The position numbers and the translations under genes are program-made. From a virus (taxonomy: Duplodnaviria; Caudoviricetes): a stretch of DNA of 64,000 nucleotides. Of the stretch, positions 56,091 to 64,000 are shown in pieces (the first letter of the stretch is position 1; every line of letters starts with the position of its first letter). The DNA lies in IMG/VR virus record IMGVR_UViG_3300015615_000196, positions 64,001 through 128,000 of that record; one strand, written 5' to 3'. The notes beneath the pieces are model-generated. The model saw nothing but the letters and a program-made list of their open reading frames with translations. It had not been told where the DNA came from and did not search any database.

Positions 56091-59000
56091 TTATGGCTTT
56101 ACAAAAATCTTATTCAAGTCATTGCTTAACGGTGCGTTTGACGGGAATGCACTGTCATTCGGATTACCCGAAAGCGTACTACCAACATTGAATGTATCTG
56201 AGTTACCACCAGTTAATCCTGCTGCACTGTAGAAGTCAGTTACCAACGGATTAGGATTTGATCTAACCTTCACACCCATGAATTTTGTCTTCATGTTGTT
56301 TGGTACAACCGTATGCTCCACACCCAAAATAATGTATGCTCCATTGAATAACGGAACATTTTCAAGAATGAAATATTCCGTAGGCTGGATCATCATATTA
56401 CCCATTGCTTCTACTGTACAGCTATAGCTTCTTTGTTCATAGGTTGAATACAAATTCTGACCTTTTGGAACAGGTGAAGACGTGCTTTGGTCTTGTGCTA
56501 TTTCAGATAAGATTGCCAAACTTTCGTTTGTCTCTTTATGCTCGTTTGTATCAAGGTCGATGCTCTTGAACATCGTCTGATTTTGTTTTGCAAACGAAAC
56601 CTTAAATCCTCTTACTGCATTATTATTGAAGTCATCTGCATTAACCAAATCATTTTCACTTCTAAATCCATCATTTTCGAAATCGCTCAACGGGTCATCC
56701 AATTGTGAAGCTGTACCACCAATGTACATACATACGAAGGCAGGTGATTCGTTGTGAATCAAATCTCTCGAACTACCGTATGGTTTAAATGAATTGATCC
56801 ACTGGTCATCTTTGAATGACAAGAAGTTTTGCAACGGGAAGAATTCGAATCCATTCAACGCAAGGATTCTTGTCATCACACTAAAGACACTCACATCATA
56901 GTCTTGTGACATTTCAATGATTGGTCTGAAATCAATCATAACCTTATCACCGATGTCGTTAAAGAATCGATCCACGAACATGAATTGATCAATTAATCTT
57001 GTACCACTACCACCATAAACGCCTGTTTGATCTACCCCGTTTACCCACTTGTCAGCAATTGCTTTGAATGAGTAATAAATCTGGTTACGAATATCTGGAT
57101 CACTGGTTGTTTCTCTGAACTTAGTTTCCTGTTCAACCACATCCTTTCTCTTTGCCTCACATAACTTATTTACCTTTTTCAAAAAAGTATTGAAGAACGT
57201 AGCATTGACACGTTTGTTAAATGAACTATCTGCATTAAGTGTTTTCAAAGGAACAAAGTTCTTCTTCGAGACCTTGTTGGTTGTATCTGTCGTATCAGCA
57301 GGAAAGAATGTGGTTTCTGTGTAATTCAACAAGTAACGTCTTCTCAAAAGTTTTTGGAGAATGAAACTGAAATCATTTCCACCTTCAAGTTTCGGATCGG
57401 GTTCGAGTCTTGCTTCATACATGTCTTCTCTATCACCTGAATCGACATCAGTTGATGGACTCACTTGATTAATCATGTCGATGATCGACTGCTTGATAAA
57501 AGTAAATCCTTCTGGTGTCTGATCTCTTAAATATGTCTGTGCTTCTTTCAAAAGATTGGTCGCATCAGTAAGTGAGATTTGACTGATGTACGTTGCATAT
57601 GGTTCGAATGGTGCTCGATCAAATGTTACACCGTATACACTCTTCGAACGTGCAATTGATGCAATCGTCTCAGGAGGTAAATTCGGTGCGAATGAATTAT
57701 GGAAGAAGTATGCGTACATACCCATATTCAAATGAGCAAAGAATGGCACTTCAATGTATGCCGGGAACGCAAACTTTGTGTTGACCGAAACAAATGAGTT
57801 GCTGTTGTTTCCTTGGTGGAAATACGTCAACGCACCACAAAAGTTAATTAAGATATAGAACAATTTACAGTCATCAGTAATGAGAGGATCGGTTAAATAT
57901 GCCAACACTTTTCTATCGTAATAAACATTTGTACGACCATCACTTGATGCACGACCAAGGAACTGTACGAATCTATCGAGCAAATTGTTGTCTTTGGTTA
58001 CAACGCCAAATACGTTGTTGTTACCAATGAAGTCACTATCGTATTTTGTGTCTTGTGCTGCTTCATCAAAAATGTATGGAATGTTATTCTTTGCGAACGT
58101 ATCGAATCCGTGCTTGTCGAAAAGAAGAGTCTTGAAGAAACCTTGGCTACCAACATCATTGATGAAAGTATCTACCATGTTTTCTTCGCCATCCGATTCA
58201 TTATTGCTTGCAGAAGTTGCTTCGTGTCTTAAAACTGGTTGTTCGTCTACAATATCAAAACCAACGAAATTTGGATTGGTACGATCTTTTGAAACCTTCT
58301 CCCCGTTCAATAACAAGTAGTTTACACCACCATCTATCTGATCTGAGAATGAAGAGTAATGTGGTGAATTCTGTTCAAAGAACTGATAGAGCATGTTCTT
58401 CGAATCATCCTTTTCGTTTACTGTCGCAACCCAATTTTGTACTTGAATCTGGAATGAATCAAGGAGATTTAAATCTTGAATACTGTTGACAAGGTTTACC
58501 GCTTCGGCTTCTGCAACAAAACGAATAAGTGCTGTGTTCTTGTCTTCGAAGATGTCAGTGGTTGCATTTACCACTGTGAAAGCAACACCAAAGAATGATT
58601 GTAAGAAATCTTTTGCAACCGCTCCATCTTCTTGATAGAACAAGAAACCGTAGCTATACTGACTACCAACATAGAATCGGTTAAGCACCTCATTCATAAT
58701 TTGAGGAATGTTTGTTAAACGATTGTATGGCGATTCGGTAGTTCTGTTTCCTACAGACGAGTCAATTGGGTTAATTGGAATCCAGATGTTGTTACCGTCC
58801 GCATCAATACTTTCCTTCATGTTTTCATTGGTTTGAATCTTTACAAGTTTTGTAAAGGTTTCAATGAAGGTCTCCACGAAATCAACTTCCGGGAAATTCA
58901 TATTGTCAAGACCAACATTCGGATCACCCGGATATGCTCTTTCTCTTCTCTTGATCGTCTTACCGTTTTCGTCAGTAACCAATTTCTGGTTTAACACCAA

Positions 59001-60557
59001 CGGGAATGCAGCAATTGATTTGGTTGTGTCTTTTCTCTTTGAATTGTTGTTCTCCAAGATTCTTCTCATGTCAGCATTTACTTGGTGTGCCTTCTCAGCA
59101 TCGTTACAAACGCTTCTTAATTTCTGGAAGAAGGTTTCAATGTCATTAGCAAACACCTCAAAAATATTTCTGATCGTAGGCAACGCTCCAATCTTCTGAA
59201 CCGTAAGGTCGTTCACCTTTGCTCGTAATGCTGTTTGTTTTGTGGTATAGTCTTCTTCCTGTGCCACAATTCTCTTTCTCAAAGAAGTGTAGAAGTCAGT
59301 TACATCCAGTCCAACATATCGTTTACCTTTGTTGGGTGGGAGTTGGTTAAATCCGTAGTATTTGATTGCACCATCATTTTTGGCAAGAGTATTGTCAACG
59401 GTCTTTGCTTGGTTTAAGAAGTTGTTCTTCAAGACCGTGAACGTATCATTGATTGAATCTTTCTTATTCTGATCAACGGCCAAGTTTTCATCGTACTCGT
59501 ACAAAATCATTATACGATCATCCTGTGCAGCATTATTCACACCATCTGCACTTGAAAGACGTAATTTGTTCGCATAGACGTTTACAGTTCTTACCTTCGA
59601 AGCAATGTTCGAGTCGTTTACATTGGTCTGCTGACCTTGTGTTGTAATGTGTGCATTTGGCAGAGTAAACAAATACGTTCCGACATTGTTTGAAACATCG
59701 GTCTTTGTCCCTACGATAATGGAATAGTTGTCAAGGTTATCAATCACAGACTGAATCTGTGTTGAGTATTCCTTTATCTTATTCAAGTCATTTGCGTCCT
59801 TAGAATCGGTTTTCAACTTATCAAGACTATCGTACAGTTTCTTGGCTCTGGTGATTAACTCTCTGGTGTTACGTGGCTTACTTGAAAGATCAAGATCAAC
59901 GCCAGTTACTTCCGGTGTTTCCAAGTTGATGTTTTCATCCATCAACGGAACAATGTCAATGTACTTGAACAGTATGTCAGTTAATGCTGCAAATCGTTGT
60001 CCAACGAAACTACAGGTGATTACATAGTTACCCGTGTTCGCATCGAAACGAGTAGATTGCTTCAACATATGAAGACTGTAGTTTGCAGCCTTACCGTAGT
60101 ATCCTTTAAGAGTCAAATTGAAAATTGGTGGCGGGAAGCTGTACAATACCGAGTACTTGCTTTTTGTACCAAGAGTAATCAACGACAAACCTCTGATGTC
60201 AACGAATTGAATTTCAACTTCTGGAACATAGCTGGCATTCATCTTGAATGTAATCTGTGAGATACCGAATCCTTCAAAAGGAGTCTCACCAGTGTTATCC
60301 AAGCTATTTGTCCAACGAGTAGTGTACTGGTTGGTGTCCGGGTCAAAACCCATCAAATTAATATTGATAGAATCGTTCTCCGTTCCGATGGCACTGATTT
60401 TACCCACGCCTTCGGTTACGATCACACTTGACCCTCTTCTCTTCGCGGTAAGTTCTGCGAAGATGAACATTTCAGAGTAATCAGGTGCTGCGTTCAACCC
60501 CAAGTTGATTAACGGTTGTGGGGCAATTCCATCATTTGGATCAATAATATTCGCCAT
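56091..60557 (-). CDS. large baseplate hub/tail-associated protein
   Basis: FVDIRG...PPIFNLTLKGYYG; C-terminal CTVEAMGNMMIQPTEYF..NVPLFNGAY. Confidence 0.6.
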   Translation of the reverse strand: MANIIDPNDGIAPQPLINLGLNAAPDYSEMFIFAELTAKRRGSSVIVTEGVGKISAIGTENDSININLMGFDPDTNQYTTRWTNSLDNTGETPFEGFGISQITFKMNASYVPEVEIQFVDIRGLSLITLGTKSKYSVLYSFPPPIFNLTLKGYYGKAANYSLHMLKQSTRFDANTGNYVITCSFVGQRFAALTDILFKYIDIVPLMDENINLETPEVTGVDLDLSSKPRNTRELITRAKKLYDSLDKLKTDSKDANDLNKIKEYSTQIQSVIDNLDNYSIIVGTKTDVSNNVGTYLFTLPNAHITTQGQQTNVNDSNIASKVRTVNVYANKLRLSSADGVNNAAQDDRIMILYEYDENLAVDQNKKDSINDTFTVLKNNFLNQAKTVDNTLAKNDGAIKYYGFNQLPPNKGKRYVGLDVTDFYTSLRKRIVAQEEDYTTKQTALRAKVNDLTVQKIGALPTIRNIFEVFANDIETFFQKLRSVCNDAEKAHQVNADMRRILENNNSKRKDTTKSIAAFPLVLNQKLVTDENGKTIKRRERAYPGDPNVGLDNMNFPEVDFVETFIETFTKLVKIQTNENMKESIDADGNNIWIPINPIDSSVGNRTTESPYNRLTNIPQIMNEVLNRFYVGSQYSYGFLFYQEDGAVAKDFLQSFFGVAFTVVNATTDIFEDKNTALIRFVAEAEAVNLVNSIQDLNLLDSFQIQVQNWVATVNEKDDSKNMLYQFFEQNSPHYSSFSDQIDGGVNYLLLNGEKVSKDRTNPNFVGFDIVDEQPVLRHEATSASNNESDGEENMVDTFINDVGSQGFFKTLLFDKHGFDTFAKNNIPYIFDEAAQDTKYDSDFIGNNNVFGVVTKDNNLLDRFVQFLGRASSDGRTNVYYDRKVLAYLTDPLITDDCKLFYILINFCGALTYFHQGNNSNSFVSVNTKFAFPAYIEVPFFAHLNMGMYAYFFHNSFAPNLPPETIASIARSKSVYGVTFDRAPFEPYATYISQISLTDATNLLKEAQTYLRDQTPEGFTFIKQSIIDMINQVSPSTDVDSGDREDMYEARLEPDPKLEGGNDFSFILQKLLRRRYLLNYTETTFFPADTTDTTNKVSKKNFVPLKTLNADSSFNKRVNATFFNTFLKKVNKLCEAKRKDVVEQETKFRETTSDPDIRNQIYYSFKAIADKWVNGVDQTGVYGGSGTRLIDQFMFVDRFFNDIGDKVMIDFRPIIEMSQDYDVSVFSVMTRILALNGFEFFPLQNFLSFKDDQWINSFKPYGSSRDLIHNESPAFVCMYIGGTASQLDDPLSDFENDGFRSENDLVNADDFNNNAVRGFKVSFAKQNQTMFKSIDLDTNEHKETNESLAILSEIAQDQSTSSPVPKGQNLYSTYEQRSYSCTVEAMGNMMIQPTEYFILENVPLFNGAYIILGVEHTVVPNNMKTKFMGVKVRSNPNPLVTDFYSAAGLTGGNSDTFNVGSTLSGNPNDSAFPSNAPLSNDLNKIFVKP

Positions 60558-60640
60558 AGAGATATGTAGATAAATAGTAATTGTGGGTTTTTCAACTATT
60601 TATTGGTGAACTCATTCTACACCAGAATTCAAAGAAAAAG

Positions 60641-61375
60641 ATGTCAAAAGCACGTAGTTTACACGAAGGAAAAATATTAGGGAGGGGAGAAACCGGATTC
60701 GGTTTGTTGATCGAGAATGATGCAGGATACATTGATGCTGCATTGAACACGGAGTTGATCAAGAAACTTGTAACCGAAGGATACCAAATCAAAGATAATG
60801 AACCAGTACTTGTAAACTGCATTCTTCAAAAATGGGGTGTAAAAAACAAGAATGGTCGTATCTATCCAAAGGACGTTTTAGTGCCGGAGGTGAATCGTTA
60901 TATGGAGTTGGTTACAATCAACTCAGCAATTTCAGAAGCAGACCATCCTGAAAGTTCGGTCGTATCATTGTTGAACGTTGCACATCGTATCACAAAGATG
61001 TGGTGGGGTAGCGGAGAGAACTCAAACATTTTATACGGTACTCTCGAAATCATTACATCACCCGGCTATCAAAAGATGGGTATCTGTAGTATGATCGGAG
61101 ACAAGATCGTAGAGTACTTGAAACGTAATATACGATTGGGTATTTCAAGCAGAGGATTAGGAACATTGGCCAAGAATGACGATGGAGATAACATCGTACA
61201 GAAGGACTTTGAACTGGTATGCTTTGACTTGGTTGCTTCTCCGAGCACTCCGGGAGCGTATTTATTTCCAGAGGAAAACCCATCAACAATGGGTGAAAGT
61301 AAAGAAAACAAAGAAGGTTTGATCCTTACCGAGAGATATAAAAGGATCATGGGTAAGATGGACAGATTTCTTTAA
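60641..61375 (+). CDS. prohead core protease (T4 gp21-like)
   Basis: KNKNGRIYP, EADHP, GISSRGLG, FDLVASPSTPGA. Confidence 0.92.
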   Translation: MSKARSLHEGKILGRGETGFGLLIENDAGYIDAALNTELIKKLVTEGYQIKDNEPVLVNCILQKWGVKNKNGRIYPKDVLVPEVNRYMELVTINSAISEADHPESSVVSLLNVAHRITKMWWGSGENSNILYGTLEIITSPGYQKMGICSMIGDKIVEYLKRNIRLGISSRGLGTLAKNDDGDNIVQKDFELVCFDLVASPSTPGAYLFPEENPSTMGESKENKEGLILTERYKRIMGKMDRFL

Positions 61376-61467
61376 GTATAGGCTTTTTTTATAGGCGACT
61401 GTAAAAAACTATACTTTTCGAAAAAAGACCTGTATTTATTATTAACCAAAAACAAATTAAATTTTGT

Positions 61468-62979
61468 ATGGCAAAAGAAGAAAAAGAAAAGTCAGCAAAT
61501 AAGTCAGTATTCGACAAGGCTATGATTGAATATACTCAGATCGTTGAGGTAGCCAAGAAGAAACTTGCCGAAGGTCATTCGAAAGAACTTGACGAGTTAT
61601 TTGCAAAACTTCTTAATGAAAACTTATCACTTAGCCAAGAACCAGAAATGGTAAAAGAAGAGTCTCAGTCTACAGAGACGAAAGTTGAAGAGTCTGCAAC
61701 CGCAGATAAACCGGAGGCGATCAATATGAAAGAAGCCTCTATGAAAGAAATTGAAGAAGCATTCGATGCTGCAAGTGATGAAGATGAATTCAAAGTTGTA
61801 AAGACCGATGACAACGCCAACGGTAATTTCTCACTTCAAGATATTGAAGGTGAGATTTCGGAAGTGATGTCGGAGATCGAAGCAGCCGAGAATGCTCAAC
61901 AAGTAGACCCTTCGGCTCAAGCTGCACCAGCAGTAGTTGAGGAAGACAATCTAACTAAACTCAAAAAAGTTCACGAACAAATGGGACAAATGATCGAAGC
62001 AATGGAAGGCGAGAAAAGCGACCTTGCGTTAAAAGAAGCATTTCATGCAAAAATGAATGAAATGATGGGCCAAGGTTACGAAGAAAAAATCGGTGTTGCT
62101 GAATGCATGAAAATGTATGAAACCTTCAAAGCTAAAAGCGGAGAAGATGCAGCAGCAGCGAAAAAATCAGCCGAAGCCGCTCCGGTAAATGAAACCAGTG
62201 ACGGTAAAACCTTTATGCCTAATTCAGGCGTAGCAGGTACTCACAACCCGAACAGTGCAGCAGGTGGGGGAGCATTCCCAAGCACCGCAAAGCCAGCCGA
62301 AAAGCAGCTTGACAAAGCAACTGTAAAGGAAAACGAATTACCAGCAGCCGTAGCAGCACCTGCTGCACCAGCAGTATCAGAAACTCACGGTGTAGGTTTG
62401 TCTGCAAACAAGTTAGTTAGTGGAACCGAAACCCCTCGTGTTGAACACAAGGATTACGCGAAGAACAAAGTAAGATTGGCTTTGCAGAAGGAAGGCGTGG
62501 ATAAGTTAAAGAACCGTATCAACTCATTAGTCAACGAGAATTTTGAATTGACGAAGGGCGCAAACAAGGCAAAAGAGACTTTGAAAGAAATGACAAAGAT
62601 CAATGAGTCTTACAAAGTAGCCATCGACAAGTACAGAAAACAACTTAACGAAATGGCGTTGGTATCAGCAAGCATCGCGAATGTAAACAACATCTTAGTA
62701 AATGAAAGTCTCGCACTTTCATTCGAAGACAAGAAGAAAATCGTAGAGGCTTTCAAGGCAGTGAAAACTGTTGAAGAATCAGAGACCACCTATAAGAAGA
62801 TTATCAAGGAGTACTCAGAGGAAAAGAAAACGATCAAAGAAAGTGTAGAGCAGAAACTCAATACTACCGTAATCGAAAACTCTTCATCAGAAGAAGTGAA
62901 GAACGGTGTTGAAGGTAACGCTCTCAACGAACATGTTGAAAAAATCAAAAGACTTTCAACATATACGTCAAAAAAATAA
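61468..62979 (+). CDS. prohead scaffolding protein (gp22-like)
   Basis: Acidic coiled coil between protease and MCP. Confidence 0.7.
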   Translation: MAKEEKEKSANKSVFDKAMIEYTQIVEVAKKKLAEGHSKELDELFAKLLNENLSLSQEPEMVKEESQSTETKVEESATADKPEAINMKEASMKEIEEAFDAASDEDEFKVVKTDDNANGNFSLQDIEGEISEVMSEIEAAENAQQVDPSAQAAPAVVEEDNLTKLKKVHEQMGQMIEAMEGEKSDLALKEAFHAKMNEMMGQGYEEKIGVAECMKMYETFKAKSGEDAAAAKKSAEAAPVNETSDGKTFMPNSGVAGTHNPNSAAGGGAFPSTAKPAEKQLDKATVKENELPAAVAAPAAPAVSETHGVGLSANKLVSGTETPRVEHKDYAKNKVRLALQKEGVDKLKNRINSLVNENFELTKGANKAKETLKEMTKINESYKVAIDKYRKQLNEMALVSASIANVNNILVNESLALSFEDKKKIVEAFKAVKTVEESETTYKKIIKEYSEEKKTIKESVEQKLNTTVIENSSSEEVKNGVEGNALNEHVEKIKRLSTYTSKK

Positions 62980-63014
62980 AAAGAAATAACCCAAAACCAA
63001 AAACCATTTAAAAA

Positions 63015-64000
63015 ATGAGTCTTTTATTAGAAAGCACCGAAGTAGGTAACATCGGTCTTAAACAATTGAGAGAGCAAAGAGAACTTACTACCCAAAGATG
63101 GGAAAAAGTAGGTCTTTTGGAAGGTCTTGAAGGTAACACCAAAGAGAACTGTGCCCTTTTATTTGAAAACCAATTATCATGGATGCAATTGAACGAATCA
63201 ACTGATTCAGCATCAAGCGGTCAGTTCGAAACCGTTGCATTCCCGGTAATTCGTAGAGTGTTCGCTAAGTTACTCGCGAACGAAATCGTGTCAGTTCAAG
63301 CATTGAACTTGCCTATCGGTAAGTTGTACTACATCAATCCTAAGATTTCTGTACGTACATCTGCAAACGCACACACATCACCTGATGGCGCATACAGCAA
63401 CGCAGCTACTTTGGCTCCGGGTACTGGTACGCAATTCGAAACTCGTTCATTGTATGATGCGTTCTACGCTTCTTCATACAGCGATGAAGGAACTGGATTG
63501 TTTGACAGAAACAAGGGCAAATTTACCATCGCGTCTGGTGCAACCTCTAACTCAGGTTACACTGCTGGTGACAAGCAAATCGAAGTAAAAATCGCTGGCT
63601 TTGTTACCACAAACCAAGGTAAACTTGTCGGCCCTCAAGGGGTTCCGATGGATACCGAAGCATTCCTTGCTTCATTGGTAATCAATAACACAGTTGCACT
63701 TGTTGCACCTGCTCCTTACGGTTCAGCATCATTGCCAATCGGCTCTTCAATGCAGTACCACGTTAAGGTTCAGAAGTACGGCCAAGCAATCGTAGACAGA
63801 ACAGGTAAAATCACTCTTGTGATCGACCTTTCATTCGGTGGAACAAACGGCTACCAAGCCTTCACCGCAGCTACGACTCCTGCTTTCACCTTCCAGTACA
63901 GAGTTTACTCTGACCTTGAAGAAGATAGCGAAATGGCAGAAGTTACCTTCGGTCTTGACGAAGTAACGGTTTCAGTTGAGCCTCGTAAAATGAGAGCACA
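63015..64000 (+). CDS. major capsid protein (T4 gp23-like), truncated by window end
   Basis: MSLLLES...RWEKVGLLEGL...FENQ...AFPVIRRVFAKLLANEIVSVQALNLPIG. Confidence 0.92.
   Translation, partial: MSLLLESTEVGNIGLKQLREQRELTTQRWEKVGLLEGLEGNTKENCALLFENQLSWMQLNESTDSASSGQFETVAFPVIRRVFAKLLANEIVSVQALNLPIGKLYYINPKISVRTSANAHTSPDGAYSNAATLAPGTGTQFETRSLYDAFYASSYSDEGTGLFDRNKGKFTIASGATSNSGYTAGDKQIEVKIAGFVTTNQGKLVGPQGVPMDTEAFLASLVINNTVALVAPAPYGSASLPIGSSMQYHVKVQKYGQAIVDRTGKITLVIDLSFGGTNGYQAFTAATTPAFTFQYRVYSDLEEDSEMAEVTFGLDEVTVSVEPRKMRA

Noticed and set aside
1-64000. Stop-codon reassignment as in some jumbo phages
   Set aside because: Core genes are intact in the standard code, TAG and TGA both end genes, and no suppressor tRNA was seen.

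Overview
64-kb segment of a large T4-like (jumbo) phage, probably infecting Bacteroidota (TAnnTTTG promoter boxes, A-rich starts lacking Shine-Dalgarno sequences, GTTCTTTGA boxA-like motifs). The right third is the head morphogenesis block: TerL, portal, prohead protease, scaffold and the start of the major capsid protein, with an inverted lysin/baseplate pair. The left two thirds are accessory: an envelope module (vWA, ABC transporter, SBP-OmpA, PspA-like, TPM-like, LemA-like), RNA repair enzymes (PNK/phosphatase, three RNA ligases), an NAD+ salvage operon (NadM-Nudix, NAMPT, Prs, NrtR), ribosomal protein bL12, and about 29 tRNA genes in three arrays. Main discovery: each tRNA array is preceded by a promoter, a short leader ORF missing from the ORF track, an antiterminator and an intrinsic terminator. 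The leader codons match the tRNAs downstream: K/Y-rich leader before Lys/Tyr tRNAs, L/A/M/E/V/D-rich leader before Leu/Ala/Met/Glu/Val/Asp tRNAs, and PQPQHQPQ leader before Pro/Gln/His tRNAs. This looks like ribosome-mediated attenuation that switches on replacement tRNAs when specific tRNAs are depleted. The arrays also hold several non-canonical tRNA-like RNAs, including a circularly permuted (YrlA-like) one. All calls were made by eye, without database searches.
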